This document shows, one piece after another, positions 28,843 to 43,883 of a stretch of 64,000 nucleotides of DNA (position 1 is the stretch's first letter; each line of letters begins with the position of its first letter). The stretch lies in NCBI RefSeq assembly GCF_016903815.1, contig NZ_CP069973.1. One strand, written 5' to 3'. The stretch comes from Escherichia coli. GTDB lineage: Bacteria; Pseudomonadota; Gammaproteobacteria; Enterobacterales; Enterobacteriaceae. Both the position numbers and the translations under genes were made by a program. A model generated the notes under the pieces. It saw only the letters and a program-made list of their open reading frames with translations. It had not been told where the DNA came from and did no database searches.

Positions 28843-29160
28843 ATGTCCTGGATTATCTTAGTTATTGCTGGTCTGCTGGAAGTGGTATGGGCCGTTGGCC
28901 TGAAATATACCCACGGCTTTAGTCGTTTGACGCCAAGTGTTATTACCGTGACGGCGATGATTGTCAGTATGGCGCTACTTGCCTGGGCGATGAAATCGTT
29001 ACCAGTAGGGACGGCTTATGCCGTGTGGACGGGTATTGGCGCAGTCGGCGCGGCCATCACCGGCATTGTGCTGCTCGGCGAGTCCGCTAACCCGATGCGC
29101 CTGGCGAGTCTGGCGTTAATCGTATTGGGGATTATTGGTCTGAAACTCAGCACTCACTAA
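28843..29160 (+). CDS. gdx: SMR-family guanidinium exporter Gdx (SugE)
   Basis: 105 aa, [66 protein letters not shown]... The ORF-track N-terminal extension runs through the riboswitch and was rejected. Confidence 0.95.
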   Translation: MSWIILVIAGLLEVVWAVGLKYTHGFSRLTPSVITVTAMIVSMALLAWAMKSLPVGTAYAVWTGIGAVGAAITGIVLLGESANPMRLASLALIVLGIIGLKLSTH

Positions 29161-29690
29161 CTACCGGGCTGCTGTACCCAAATAAACTTACTGACATCAA
29201 ACCCTTCCTGGGTCGCGACTGCCAGCATCTCCTGTTTCACTTCGTCAGAAATGGTTGGTGTGCGGGAGAGTATCCACAGGTAGTCGCGGTCCGGGCCGCA
29301 AACCAGCGCATGGCGGTATTCCCGATCGAGTGCAATAACGTTATAACCGCCATAGAAAGGACCAAAGAATGACACTTTCAGCGCAGCGCGAGTTGGTGCG
29401 CCGGTAAAGTACGCTTTCCCTTCACTCTGCTGCCACATTTCTCTGTCAGGGTTATAGCCTTTATTAATGACATTCAGGCCGCCGTCATCCCGCAGGCTGT
29501 ATGTTGCGGTGACTTTTTCCAGTCCACGTTCAAAGCGGTGATCAAAACGGGCAATCTCATACCAGGTACCGAGATAGCGTTTAGCATCGAAATTATTCAC
29601 TACGGTCACGCCACGGGGCGGCGTAGGAGAACTGCAGGCAACGACCAGAAATGCAGCTGTCGCTGCGGCAACGAGAGGGAGCAGGCGCAT
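29157..29690 (-). CDS. blc: Outer-membrane lipocalin Blc
   Basis: 177 aa, [56 protein letters not shown]... Confidence 0.95.
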   Translation of the reverse strand: MRLLPLVAAATAAFLVVACSSPTPPRGVTVVNNFDAKRYLGTWYEIARFDHRFERGLEKVTATYSLRDDGGLNVINKGYNPDREMWQQSEGKAYFTGAPTRAALKVSFFGPFYGGYNVIALDREYRHALVCGPDRDYLWILSRTPTISDEVKQEMLAVATQEGFDVSKFIWVQQPGS

Positions 29691-29777
29691 AAATGTTTCC
29701 TTACTGGTTTTTTCTAAGTGTAGATGACAGCAAGGAAAAGCGCAGAAAAGGTCCGAAAATTCGGACCCGATGAAATT

Positions 29778-31333
<1,556 letters not shown>

Positions 31334-31343
31334 CTCAGGCTCC

Positions 31344-32476
<1,133 letters not shown>

Positions 32477-32484
<8 letters not shown>

Positions 32485-34285
32485 TCGCCTTCTCCTTCTT
32501 ATTGGCTGCTTCCGCCTTATCGGCTGCATCCGCTTCGCCACCGTAGACGCGTTTAGCTGGCGGCAGCGTAGTAATCTTCACGTCGCTGTACTCCAGGCGA
32601 GTTGTGCCATCAGCATCGCGGAAGGCGAGGGTGTGTTTGAGGAAGTTGACGTCGTCACGCTCGGTGCAACCTTCGTCCAGACGCTGGTGCGCGCCGCGGG
32701 ACTCTTTACGTGCCATTGCGGAGTGCGCCATACATTCAGCAACGTTCAGACCGTGACCCAGTTCAATGGTGTAGAGCAGGTCGGTGTTGAACACGCTGGA
32801 GGTGTCGGTGATGCGCACGCGCTTGAAGCGTTCCTGCAGCTCAGCCAGCTTGTCGATGGTTTTCTGCATCAGTTCCGGCGTACGGTAGATACCGCAACCT
32901 TCTTCCATAGCCAGGCCCATTTTGTCGCGGATCTTCGCCCAGTTTTCGCCGCCATCCTGGTTAACCAGATCTTTCAGACGTTGTTCAACGCCAGCTGCCT
33001 GCGCTTCAATTGCCGCTTCGTTGCCATTACCGGCAGTTGCTGCACGCTCTGTCGCTTGTTCACCGGCCAGACGGCCGAAGACCACCAGTTCCGCCAGGGA
33101 GTTGGAGCCCAGACGGTTTGCACCGTGCAGACCAACAGAGGAACATTCACCCACGGCGAACAGACCTTTAATGCGGGTTTCACAGTTCTGATCGGTTTCG
33201 ATACCGCCCATGGTGTAGTGTGCGGTCGGACGTACCGGAATCGGTTCTTTAACCGGATCGACGCCAACGTACGCTTTCGCCAGTTCGCAGATGAACGGCA
33301 GACGTTCATGCAGTTTTTTCTCGCCGAGGTGACGCAGGTCGAGATAAACCACATCGCCACGCGGCGTGGAGATGGTGTTGCCTTTACGCCATTCGTGCCA
33401 GAAGGCCTGAGAAACTTTGTCGCGTGGACCCAGTTCCATATATTTGTTTTTCGGCTCGCCCAGCGGAGTTTCCGGGCCCATGCCGTAATCTTGCAGATAA
33501 CGGTAGCCATTTTTGTTGACCAGAATACCACCTTCACCGCGGCAGCCTTCTGTCATCAGGATACCGGAACCTGGCAGACCGGTTGGGTGATACTGAACGA
33601 ATTCCATGTCACGCAGCGGAACGCCGTGGCTTAGCGCCATACCCATACCGTCACCGGTAACGATGCCGCCGTTGGTGTTGTAACGATAAACGCGACCCGC
33701 ACCGCCGGTAGCCATAACGACCGCGTTAGCACGGATCTGCACCAGCGTGCCTTCCATCATGTTCATTGCTACCAGGCCGCGAACATGACCATCATCAACC
33801 AGAATATCCAGCACGAAATGTTCGTCAAAACGCTGGATCTGCGGGAATTGCAGAGAGGTCTGGAACAGCGTGTGCAGCATATGGAAGCCGGTCTTATCGG
33901 CGGCGAACCAGGTACGCTCGATTTTCATGCCGCCGAAGCGACGTACGTTGACGCTACCATCCGGGCGACGGCTCCATGGGCATCCCCACAGTTCCAGTTG
34001 GGTCATTTCGGTTGGGCAGTGGTGGACGAAATAATCCACGACATCCTGCTCACACAACCAGTCGCCACCCGCTACTGTATCGTGAAAGTGATATTCGAAG
34101 CTGTCATGATCCTGCGCGACAGCGGCGGAGCCCCCTTCTGCAGCAACGGTATGGCTACGCATCGGGTATACTTTTGAGATTAGTGCGATTTTTGCATTTG
34201 GATTTGCCTGCGCGGCAGCAATTGCAGCACGTAATCCCGCGCCACCGGCGCCTACAATGGCAAGATCGGCTTGAAAGGTTTGCAC
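32477..34285 (-). CDS. frdA: Fumarate reductase flavoprotein subunit
   Basis: 602 aa with a GTG start, [29 protein letters not shown]... Confidence 0.97.
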
Positions 34286-34417
34286 GACATTCCTCCAGAT
34301 TGTTTTTATCCCACAGCCCCGTACTTCAGGGTAAGTGCCTGAAAGTTACGGTCTGCGAACGCTATTCCACTGCTCCTTTATAGGTACAACAGTATAGTCT
34401 GATGGATAAGTCTGAAA

Positions 34418-34431
34418 TTTGACGAGATCGA
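34418..34431 (-). promoter_or_regulatory. FNR box of the frdA promoter
   Basis: The minus strand TCGATCTCGTCAAA (within AAAAATCGATCTCGTCAAATTT) approximates TTGAT-N4-ATCAA. Its location and sequence match my recollection of the frdA promoter. Confidence 0.5.
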
Positions 34432-34609
34432 TTTTTTTAGTGCGCAAGAGGGCTAAATTATCACTGAAGATGATTAATTTAATTACTAAACCATCAGATC
34501 GTGCTTTTTTTAGTCACTGCCCACCCTTGTTTGATTCCTGCGTAAAATTTGTCTCGCCGTCGCGTTGCGAGTAGACTTCGTGCCCTTGTCAAAAACTGGA
34601 GATTTAACT

Positions 34610-35587
34610 ATGAGCGAAACGGCATCCTGGCAGCCGAGCGCATCCATTCCTAACTTATTAAAACGCGCGGCGATTATGGCGGAGATCCGTCGTTTCTTTG
34701 CCGATCGTGGAGTGCTGGAGGTGGAGACGCCTTGTATGAGCCAGGCGACGGTAACCGATATTCATTTGGTCCCGTTTGAGACACGTTTCGTTGGCCCTGG
34801 GCATTCGCAGGGGATGAATCTCTGGTTAATGACCAGCCCGGAATACCATATGAAGCGCCTGCTGGTTGCCGGTTGTGGGCCGGTATTCCAGCTGTGCCGC
34901 AGCTTCCGTAATGAAGAGATGGGGCGTTATCACAACCCTGAGTTCACTATGCTTGAGTGGTATCGACCGCACTATGATATGTACCGGTTGATGAACGAGG
35001 TGGACGATCTCTTACAACAAGTGCTGGACTGCCCGGCAGCAGAAAGCCTTTCTTATCAACAAGCTTTCTTGCGTTATCTGGAAATTGACCCGCTCTCTGC
35101 CGACAAAACGCAACTGCGGGAAGTGGCAGCGAAACTGGATTTAAGCAACGTTGCTGATACCGAAGAAGACCGCGACACGTTGCTACAATTGCTGTTTACC
35201 TTTGGCGTAGAGCCAAATATTGGCAAAGAAAAACCGACCTTTGTGTACCACTTTCCAGCCAGCCAGGCATCACTGGCGCAAATCAGTACCGAAGATCATC
35301 GGGTCGCTGAACGCTTTGAGGTTTATTATAAAGGTATTGAGCTGGCGAATGGTTTCCATGAATTGACGGATGCCCGTGAGCAGCAACAACGCTTTGAACA
35401 AGATAACCGTAAGCGCGCGGCGCGCGGTTTGCCGCAGCACCCCATTGACCAGAATCTGATTGAAGCCTTGAAAGTCGGTATGCCTGACTGTTCCGGCGTG
35501 GCATTAGGTGTTGATCGTCTGGTGATGTTGGCGCTGGGCGCGGAGACACTGGCTGAAGTCATCGCCTTTAGCGTTGACCGGGCATAA
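34610..35587 (+). CDS. epmA: EF-P-lysine lysyltransferase EpmA (PoxA/GenX)
   Basis: 325 aa from [41 protein letters not shown]. Confidence 0.95.
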   Translation: MSETASWQPSASIPNLLKRAAIMAEIRRFFADRGVLEVETPCMSQATVTDIHLVPFETRFVGPGHSQGMNLWLMTSPEYHMKRLLVAGCGPVFQLCRSFRNEEMGRYHNPEFTMLEWYRPHYDMYRLMNEVDDLLQQVLDCPAAESLSYQQAFLRYLEIDPLSADKTQLREVAAKLDLSNVADTEEDRDTLLQLLFTFGVEPNIGKEKPTFVYHFPASQASLAQISTEDHRVAERFEVYYKGIELANGFHELTDAREQQQRFEQDNRKRAARGLPQHPIDQNLIEALKVGMPDCSGVALGVDRLVMLALGAETLAEVIAFSVDRA

Positions 35588-35805
35588 TTCTGAAAAATTA
35601 CTGAATTAACCGCGAAGAATGGCGTGATAAGCGCCATTCTGTAGCATATGTTTTCATTTTTCCGCTAAAGGCCACAATTTAAGACTGGATATTTGATATC
35701 ATCCAGGTATCAATTCTGTATTGGTTTTTACGCTGCCCGCTCAATGTTGGGCAGTGCAGTTCAGTGGGCGCGTTTTATACACGCGCTGAAATGAAGGATG
35801 GTTTC

Positions 35806-37308
35806 ATGCCTCACACGATAAAAAAGATGAGTCTGATAGGACTCATATTGATGATCTTTACTTCCGTATTTGGATTTGCCAATAGCCCATCGGCTTATTA
35901 CTTAATGGGTTATAGTGCGATTCCCTTTTATATATTTTCTGCATTGTTATTCTTTATTCCATTCGCCTTAATGATGGCTGAAATGGGAGCTGCTTATCGC
36001 AAAGAAGAAGGCGGTATCTATTCCTGGATGAATAATAGTGTCGGACCACGTTTTGCCTTCATTGGCACATTTATGTGGTTTTCCTCTTATATCATCTGGA
36101 TGGTGAGTACCTCCGCGAAAGTTTGGGTACCGTTCTCAACATTCCTCTATGGTAGCGACATGACCCAGCACTGGCGTATTGCCGGACTGGAGCCTACGCA
36201 GGTGGTTGGTCTGCTGGCAGTGGCATGGATGATTCTGGTCACCGTCGTTGCTTCAAAGGGGATTAATAAAATTGCCCGCATTACTGCGGTGGGCGGTATT
36301 GCAGTAATGTGTCTGAATTTAGTATTGCTGTTAGTAAGCATTACTATTTTGTTATTAAATGGTGGGCATTTCGCGCAGGATATTAATTTCCTTGCATCAC
36401 CGAACCCAGGTTATCAGTCCGGTCTGGCAATGCTATCGTTTGTGGTATTTGCTATTTTTGCCTATGGCGGAATTGAAGCGGTTGGTGGTCTGGTCGATAA
36501 AACGGAAAATCCAGAAAAGAACTTTGCCAAAGGTATTGTTTTTGCCGCTATTGTTATTTCAATCGGTTATTCGCTGGCAATATTTTTATGGGGCGTCAGC
36601 ACAAACTGGCAGCAGGTATTAAGTAATGGTTCCGTTAACCTCGGCAATATTACCTATGTGCTGATGAAGAGCCTCGGGGTGACGCTGGGTAACGCACTGC
36701 ATTTGTCACCAGAAGCGTCATTGTCGCTGGGCGTATGGTTTGCGCGTATTACCGGACTTTCGATGTTCCTCGCTTATACCGGTGCGTTCTTTACGCTTTG
36801 CTATTCACCGCTGAAAGCCATCATCCAGGGAACGCCGAAAGCATTGTGGCCGGAACCGATGACGCGCCTGAATGCGATGGGGATGCCGTCTATCGCCATG
36901 TGGATGCAGTGCGGGCTGGTTACTGTCTTCATCCTGCTGGTTTCGTTTGGTGGCGGTACCGCATCGGCGTTCTTTAACAAGCTGACGCTGATGGCGAACG
37001 TGTCTATGACGCTTCCTTACTTGTTCCTCGCGCTGGCTTTCCCATTCTTTAAAGCACGTCAGGATCTCGACAGACCGTTTGTGATTTTCAAAACGCGTAT
37101 GTCGGCAATGATTGCGACGGTGGTTGTCGTTCTGGTGGTGACATTTGCGAACGTCTTCACCATTATTCAGCCTGTGGTTGAAGCCGGAGACTGGGACAGC
37201 ACATTGTGGATGATTGGCGGCCCTGTCTTCTTCTCGCTGTTAGCGATGGCGATTTACCAGAACTATTGCAGTCGCATGGCGAATAAACCTGAGTTAGCTC
37301 TCGACTGA
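35806..37308 (+). CDS. yjeM: APC-family inner-membrane transporter YjeM
   Basis: 500 aa from MPHTIKKMSLIGLILMIFTSVFGFANSP. Confidence 0.9.
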   Translation: MPHTIKKMSLIGLILMIFTSVFGFANSPSAYYLMGYSAIPFYIFSALLFFIPFALMMAEMGAAYRKEEGGIYSWMNNSVGPRFAFIGTFMWFSSYIIWMVSTSAKVWVPFSTFLYGSDMTQHWRIAGLEPTQVVGLLAVAWMILVTVVASKGINKIARITAVGGIAVMCLNLVLLLVSITILLLNGGHFAQDINFLASPNPGYQSGLAMLSFVVFAIFAYGGIEAVGGLVDKTENPEKNFAKGIVFAAIVISIGYSLAIFLWGVSTNWQQVLSNGSVNLGNITYVLMKSLGVTLGNALHLSPEASLSLGVWFARITGLSMFLAYTGAFFTLCYSPLKAIIQGTPKALWPEPMTRLNAMGMPSIAMWMQCGLVTVFILLVSFGGGTASAFFNKLTLMANVSMTLPYLFLALAFPFFKARQDLDRPFVIFKTRMSAMIATVVVVLVVTFANVFTIIQPVVEAGDWDSTLWMIGGPVFFSLLAMAIYQNYCSRMANKPELALD

Positions 37309-37458
37309 TCCTATGAAATCCTGCAACTCATCGTCTCTCCGACGATGAGTTGTCAGGAAGTAATGCGTATGGATGATACTCTCCAGGGCCGGTGATAACT
37401 GAAGATGATGTTAAGCTGCTAAATGAGCCACGTTGACATCATTTGGCAGCTTCATGCA

Positions 37459-40400
37459 TTACAAACTTCCCGCCTGACGACCTTTGCCCGCAGACGTCAG
37501 CGTTCTCCCCGTTTGTTTACCGTTGAGGCTTTCCAGACGCATCTGGAAGGGCGGGAATGGCATATCGATACCGTGGGCGTGGAAGCCTGCCAGAATTAGC
37601 TGGTGGATCTCATGGCGTAGCGGCATACGGTGACCCATCTCAGCGGCGTAAATACGCAGCTCGAAAATCTGAATCCCCTGTTGCAGATCCACCAGGAAGA
37701 CTTCCGGTGCCGGGTTGTCGATCACCAGCGAGCAGCGACGCGCTGCGGTGAGCAGGATTTCCGTCACTTCTTCACTGTTGGCATCGGCAGGGGCCGGAAT
37801 CGTCAACACCACGCGCGTGACCGAGTCAGAGAGCGACCAGTTGATAAACTGCTCGGTAATAAATGCCTTGTTCGGCACGATTATCTCTTTACGGTCCCAG
37901 TCGCTGATGGTGGTGGCACGGGTGTTAATTTTCGTCACGCTACCAGTAAGATCGCGGATCGTTACCGTATCGCCAATGCGAATCGGTTTTTCGAACAGGA
38001 TGATCAGGCCAGAGATAAAGTTGGCGAAAATTTCCTGCAAACCAAAACCGAGACCAACACCGAGCGCGGCAACCAACCACTGCAATTTCGACCACTCAAT
38101 ACCAATCATTGAGAAGCCGACCAGCCCGCCAATCAGCATCAGCAGATATTTGGTGATGGTGGTGATGGCGTAGCCCGTACCCGGCGTTAAATCCAGGTGC
38201 TGCAAAATCGCCAGTTCCAGCAGCGCGGGCAGGTTGCGCACCAGCTGCGTGGTGATGATAAATACCAGAATGGCAATCAGCACCGCACCGAGGGTAATCG
38301 GCTCCAGACTTTCCACGCCCTGTACCGTGGAAGTGACATCCCACAGCGAAATATTTTCAAGGAAGCCGAAAGCGGAATGGATTTCTGACCACAGCACAAT
38401 GACCGAAAGCAGGGCGATCAACATCAAAATTGAGCGCACCAGCCGCAAGGATTGCGCACTGATGGCATCGAGATCGACTTCGCTTTCATCGACTTCAATT
38501 GCCCCTTCGGGGCTACTGTGATGATGCGCTTCCTCTTCGCCACGCGCACGTTGCGCTAACATCTCTGCCCGGCGATGCTTCGCCCGGTCAAACGCCAGTC
38601 TGCGTCGCTGGATCAGCATCCAGCGGCGGATAACGTGATAAACCACCAGTAGCAGGAACCAGATGGCAACCGAGGTTTCAAGCCTCGCTAACAGCGCCTG
38701 CGCCGTTGCCAGATAACCCACCGCCGACGCCAGAATGGCAACCAGCGGTGCGCCAATCATCATGTTCCACAGCATATGGTTGGTAATGTTGTCGCCGCTG
38801 CCTTCTTTGTTGAGATACAGCGGGATCCCGGCCTTTTTCAGACTGAGGGTGACTACTGCCAGTGCACCGCAAATGAGGATAAAGCAAAGCCGTCCCAGCG
38901 AACCGGAGAATTCACGGTCGTCGAGATTATCGAACATCATCAGCGCCATAATCAGCGGCACGATAAGCCCAATGCTCATCAGGTAGTAGCGCATCCCACG
39001 GGAAACCCGTTCGCGCGGCCAGCCAAAATGAGCGATAAACAAGCCGTTCGGGCGGGCAAAGGTAGCGCAAATCATCACTACCCATAGCAGCGGTACGGTG
39101 GCTGTTACGCCATCACCAATCGCTACCGCCAGCGGATAAGGCCACGCCTCGCGCAAGCCGTAACCCAGCGTCATCCACAGCACCGGGAGCGGTGACGCGA
39201 CGAGAATCGACCAGAAAAGAGTGCGCAACGTCAGCCAAAAGTGATCCTGAGTCACTTTGCCGACTTTCGCCGCCGAACGTTCAAGAAAACGGGTGAAATA
39301 GCGGCGCGAGTAAATACTGCAACCGACCAGAATCAACGCGCCAAACAGCGGCAAAATTGTCTCTTTGCTGGTCAGCATCATCACACTGGCTTTGCCCAAC
39401 TGACTGAAGGTGTCCAGCGAAATGAGACGACGCAGATCCTGGGCGATCTCCAGCGGCCAGGCGATGGTCATCGGGCGCACGTCAGAGGTCCAGAACAGAT
39501 AGCGGTGCGTCGCTTCGTTCACCTCTTTCAGCGCATCCTCCAGTTGCCCGTTGGAGACTTTCAGCTTGGTCAGTTCCAGCAGTAGCGTGTCGCCACCCTG
39601 CAACAATGAGTTCAGCAACTCACGCTGAGTGCGTAGCTGTGCTTCCAGAATACGGTTTTGCTCGGCGGTCAGCGGCTGACCGTCGGCCTGATGGATTTGC
39701 CTTAGCAGCGGCTGTTTATTTAGCAGATCCTCATAACGTAACCGTTGCACACGCAACTGCGCCATTTCGGTATCAAGCTGTTGTGGTTTTGGCATTTCCG
39801 GTAGCCGTGCCACCTGCGCCCGCAACGCTTCACCGAGCAGGTTGGACGATCCCAGCCATTGCGACTGTTCACGCAGCGTATTCAACGCCTGCCGGACCTG
39901 TAACGTCTGGCTGGCAGCCTGACGCTGTTGCGAGGCAACGAGATCCATCCGCTGCGCCTGTTGATTCAGCGCCGCCGATAGTTCGCGGTTAATTTTGAAT
40001 TGCGCGACGATATCTTTCGGCAAATCGGCGCTGTTTTCTGCCAGCAATTCGGTACTTTCCAGCGCCCGCTCCGCCTCAAGCTGACGTTGGCTGTTCAACT
40101 GATTACGTAAGGCCTGCAAATACGCATCCAGTTGCTGGCTCTCTTTTTCCGCCAGCTCTGAGCGTAAGCGCGCTAATTCCTGGCGGTTATTGGCGGACAG
40201 CTGCGCCAGTTCCAGTTCATCGACGAGCGCTTTCAGGCGTGCGGAGTCAGACTGCAACGCGAAATTTTGTGCCTGATTGAGCGGGGAATTGCCGGTAAGC
40301 GTCCCCAGGCGGCGCTCGATTTCATTTAACTGACGGCGGGCATCGGTTTGCTGTTGCGGCAGTTGATTCAGCGAATCGGCAATCTCGCGGGCGCGTTCCT

Positions 40401-40782
40401 GCTCTTGCTGGGCCTGACGGCTTTTATCCAGCAACTGGCTGCTGACCTGGAGAATTTCCTGATTCAGCGCGTCGGTAGACATTCCCGGTGACACGCTGCG
40501 CGGCTCGTCACGCATGTTGTTTAATTGCGCGCGCAGAGTAGCGGAGAGTTTCGGATAATTATCAATGACTTCTTGATATTGCTTGATGCGCTCAAGGGAA
40601 CCTTTCCGTTCCTCAAGCGCATTTAAGGCAGACTGGAGCGCCTCTACGACTTCCGGTTGCGCGGGTTTCGCCGCTTTTGCCTGCTCCAGTTCTTGTGAGA
40701 TTTGTTTGCTATCGGGGGCCGTCGCGGCGTACGCCCCCCAACTGAGGCACCAGGCCATCAGAAAAGTGATAATCAGGCGCAC
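37459..40782 (-). CDS. mscM: Miniconductance mechanosensitive channel MscM (YjeP)
   Basis: 1107 aa, with an N-terminal signal, a long Q/L-rich coiled-coil, multiple TM segments and a C-terminal MscS-like domain. Confidence 0.95.
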   Translation of the reverse strand: MRLIITFLMAWCLSWGAYAATAPDSKQISQELEQAKAAKPAQPEVVEALQSALNALEERKGSLERIKQYQEVIDNYPKLSATLRAQLNNMRDEPRSVSPGMSTDALNQEILQVSSQLLDKSRQAQQEQERAREIADSLNQLPQQQTDARRQLNEIERRLGTLTGNSPLNQAQNFALQSDSARLKALVDELELAQLSANNRQELARLRSELAEKESQQLDAYLQALRNQLNSQRQLEAERALESTELLAENSADLPKDIVAQFKINRELSAALNQQAQRMDLVASQQRQAASQTLQVRQALNTLREQSQWLGSSNLLGEALRAQVARLPEMPKPQQLDTEMAQLRVQRLRYEDLLNKQPLLRQIHQADGQPLTAEQNRILEAQLRTQRELLNSLLQGGDTLLLELTKLKVSNGQLEDALKEVNEATHRYLFWTSDVRPMTIAWPLEIAQDLRRLISLDTFSQLGKASVMMLTSKETILPLFGALILVGCSIYSRRYFTRFLERSAAKVGKVTQDHFWLTLRTLFWSILVASPLPVLWMTLGYGLREAWPYPLAVAIGDGVTATVPLLWVVMICATFARPNGLFIAHFGWPRERVSRGMRYYLMSIGLIVPLIMALMMFDNLDDREFSGSLGRLCFILICGALAVVTLSLKKAGIPLYLNKEGSGDNITNHMLWNMMIGAPLVAILASAVGYLATAQALLARLETSVAIWFLLLVVYHVIRRWMLIQRRRLAFDRAKHRRAEMLAQRARGEEEAHHHSSPEGAIEVDESEVDLDAISAQSLRLVRSILMLIALLSVIVLWSEIHSAFGFLENISLWDVTSTVQGVESLEPITLGAVLIAILVFIITTQLVRNLPALLELAILQHLDLTPGTGYAITTITKYLLMLIGGLVGFSMIGIEWSKLQWLVAALGVGLGFGLQEIFANFISGLIILFEKPIRIGDTVTIRDLTGSVTKINTRATTISDWDRKEIIVPNKAFITEQFINWSLSDSVTRVVLTIPAPADANSEEVTEILLTAARRCSLVIDNPAPEVFLVDLQQGIQIFELRIYAAEMGHRMPLRHEIHQLILAGFHAHGIDMPFPPFQMRLESLNGKQTGRTLTSAGKGRQAGSL

Positions 40783-40803
40783 GTCAGCGTTTCCTTTGAT
40801 GGA

Positions 40804-41772
40804 TTAGACCTGGTCTTTTTTGTCGTCAACCAATGGGCTGGCGTCGTGTTCTGCTTCGATCTCTTCAGCAGGAAGCGGGGCGGGTTCAGCGTCTGGCGTA
40901 ACAAAGGTTTCGGTAGATACTGCCAGCGGCTGACCAATTTTCGTAACAGACAGGCTTTCCAGTTGCTCAACCAGATTCACTTTACCTGGTGCAAACAGGT
41001 TGATAACGGTAGAGCCAAGTTTAAAGCGGCCCATTTCTTGGCCTTTCAGCAGTGCCACAGAACCGTCGTTTTCCCCGGCAGGCCAGGTCCAGCGCTTGAT
41101 GATGCCTTCGCGCGGCGGCGTAATGGTGCCCGCCCAGACCGTCTCAATGCTGCCAACAATCGTCGCCCCGACCAGAATCTGCGCCATTGGGCCAAATTCG
41201 GTATCGAACAGGCAGATCACGCGTTCGTTACGGGCAAACAGATTCGGCACGTTCTGAGCGGTGAGATGGTTAACGGAGAAGAGATCGCCTGGCACGTAGA
41301 TCATCTCACGCAGAATACCGTTGCACGGCATGTGTACGCGGTGGTAGTCACGCGGGGAGAGGTAAGTGGTCACAAACGTACCGTTGCGGAACAGGTCCGC
41401 CATCAGATAGTTGCCTGCCAGCAGGGCTTCGAGGCTGTAGTTGTGGCCTTTGGCTTGCAGGATTTTATCTTCTTCGATTTTACCCAACTGGCTGATAACG
41501 CCATCGGCAGGCATAACCAGGACATTCGGATCGGTATCGATTGGGCGTACTTCGTCACGCAGCGGACGGACAAAGAATTCGTTAAAGGTGCGGTAGCTGG
41601 CGGTATCCGGCTTTTGCGCCTCTTTCATGTCGACCTTGTAGTATTTAACGAACAGATCGATAACCAGTTTTGTCAGCCATCCTGCCCGCTTGCTTGCGCC
41701 CCAACCCGCCAGGCGAGTAAGCCATAGTTTCGGCAGAATGTACTGTAGCGAAAGTTTAAATGAATTTAACAA
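40804..41772 (-). CDS. psd: Phosphatidylserine decarboxylase proenzyme
   Basis: 322 aa, [53 protein letters not shown]..., with an LGST self-cleavage motif (KLGSTV). Confidence 0.96.
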
Positions 41773-41868
41773 GGTAGCCTCCAGGCCATTGTTTTGTCGT
41801 TCCTGATCCGGCCTACATGCCGGATCCTGAAAAAAAGGGGACGATTCTAACGACGGTTAGCTTAATTG

Positions 41869-42921
41869 TCAGTCATCCGTATCAGAAAAGTTTTTACGCG
41901 TTTTTACCTGCGCCATGCTTTCCAGAATACGGTGATAGTTTTCGAAACGGGTTTCCGCGATTTTTCCTTCCTCAACCGCTTCCCGGATAGCGCAGCCCGG
42001 ATCGGTATCGTGTTTGCAATCGCGATATTTACACAGACCTAAGTAGTCATGGAATTCGACAAAGCCCTGAGTGATTTGTTCCGGCTCCAGGTGCCAGAGG
42101 CCGAACTCACGCACTCCTGGGGAGTCAATCACATCACCGCCGTGCGGGAAGTGATACAGCCGAGCGGCGGTCGTGGTGTGCTGACCGAGCCCCGAGTTGT
42201 CAGAGACATCGTTGGTCAGGATCTCTTTTTGCAGCCCCAGCAACGCGTTCAGCAGGCTGGATTTACCAACGCCAGACTGGCCGGCAAAAATGCTGATGCG
42301 CCCGGTCAACGCCTCTTCCAGCGGTTTCAGCCCATCCTGAGTATGGCTGGAAACCATCAATACGCGATAACCGATATTGCGGTAGATATCCATCTGCTCG
42401 TTGACGAACTCCATACCTTCGTCGTCCAGCAGGTCTATCTTGTTGAGCACAATAATCGGCTCAATCTGTAAGGTTTCGCAGGCCACCAGGTAACGGTCGA
42501 TAATATTGAGCGACAGCTCCGGCAAAATGGCGGAGACAATGACAATCTGATCGATGTTGGCGGCAATAGGTTTCACGCCGTCGTAGAAATCCGGACGCGT
42601 CAACACCGAGGTGCGCTCATGCACCGCTTCCACGATCCCTTTGACATTTACGCCTTCCGCCGCCGGTTTACCCGGACGCCAGACTACGCGGTCGCCGGTC
42701 ACCAGCGAACGGATGGTACGGCGAATATTGCAGCGGTGAACGTCGCCATCTGCGGATTCCACATCAGCGTGCATACCAAAGCGGCTGATGACGATACCTT
42801 CATCAGGCTCGCCAAACAGATTGTCGTCGTAGTCGGGCTTCTCCTTAGACGTTTTAAGACGACGCTGGTGATTGGCGTTCACGCGGCGCTGCTGGCCTTT
42901 GGAGAGTTTATTTTTACTCAA
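41869..42921 (-). CDS. rsgA: Ribosome small-subunit biogenesis GTPase RsgA (YjeQ)
   Basis: 350 aa if started at TTG (L12 of the ORF-track protein), giving (M)[22 protein letters not shown] as in K-12. Contains the G-motif GQSGVGKSS. Confidence 0.92.
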
Positions 42922-43015
42922 TCGTACAGACTCCTGGTCGCCCCTGATGGGCAAAACATCTATGATACACGCAATTGTGGATCAATATAGTCACTGTGAA
43001 TGGGTGGAAAATAGC

Positions 43016-43561
43016 ATGAGTGCCAATGAAAACAACCTGATTTGGATCGATCTTGAGATGACCGGTCTGGATCCCGAGCGCGATCGCATTATTGAGATTG
43101 CCACGCTGGTGACCGATGCCAACCTGAATATTCTGGCAGAAGGGCCGACCATTGCAGTACACCAGTCTGATGAACAGCTGGCGCTGATGGATGACTGGAA
43201 CGTGCGCACCCATACCGCCAGCGGGCTGGTAGAGCGCGTGAAAGCGAGCACGATGGGCGATCGTGAAGCTGAACTGGCAACACTCGAATTTTTAAAACAG
43301 TGGGTGCCTGCGGGAAAATCGCCGATTTGCGGTAACAGCATCGGCCAGGATCGTCGCTTCCTGTTTAAATACATGCCGGAGCTGGAAGCCTACTTCCACT
43401 ACCGTTATCTTGATGTCAGCACCCTGAAAGAGCTGGCGCGCCGCTGGAAGCCGGAAATTCTTGATGGTTTTACCAAGCAGGGGACGCATCAGGCGATGGA
43501 TGATATTCGTGAATCGGTGGCGGAGCTGGCTTACTACCGCGAGCATTTTATCAAGCTGTAA
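43016..43561 (+). CDS. orn: Oligoribonuclease
   Basis: 181 aa from [34 protein letters not shown]. Confidence 0.96.
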
Positions 43562-43686
43562 ATTATTTCCTGGTCACGTAAGCGTCGGAATCCACTTGCG
43601 GTGGCGTGATTTTGACGCTAAATTGAACGCCTTGCTGATAATTTCAGCACTTGAGATAAAAACTCAAAAAAAATTTTTTAGGGGGG

Positions 43687-43714
43687 TTGCAGAGGGAAAG
43701 ATTTCTCGTATAAT
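43687..43714 (+). promoter_or_regulatory. Probable glyVXY promoter (-35 TTGCAG, -10 TATAAT, GC-rich discriminator)
   Basis: TTGCAG-N16-TATAAT is followed by GCGCCTCCC, ~55 nt upstream of the first tRNA-Gly. Confidence 0.6.
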
Positions 43715-43771
43715 GCGCCTCCCGTAACGACGCAGAAATGCGAAAATTACGAAAGCAAAATTAAGTAGTAC

Positions 43772-43847
<76 letters not shown>

Positions 43848-43883
43848 AAATTTGAAAAGTGCTGCAAAGCACAGACCACCCAA

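Noticed and set aside
41790-41830. GATCCGGCCTACATGCCGGATC palindrome between psd and rsgA, considered as a novel element
   Set aside because: It looks like an ordinary REP-type palindromic unit (…CCGGCCTACA…) serving as the intergenic structure after rsgA, which is not unusual for E. coli.
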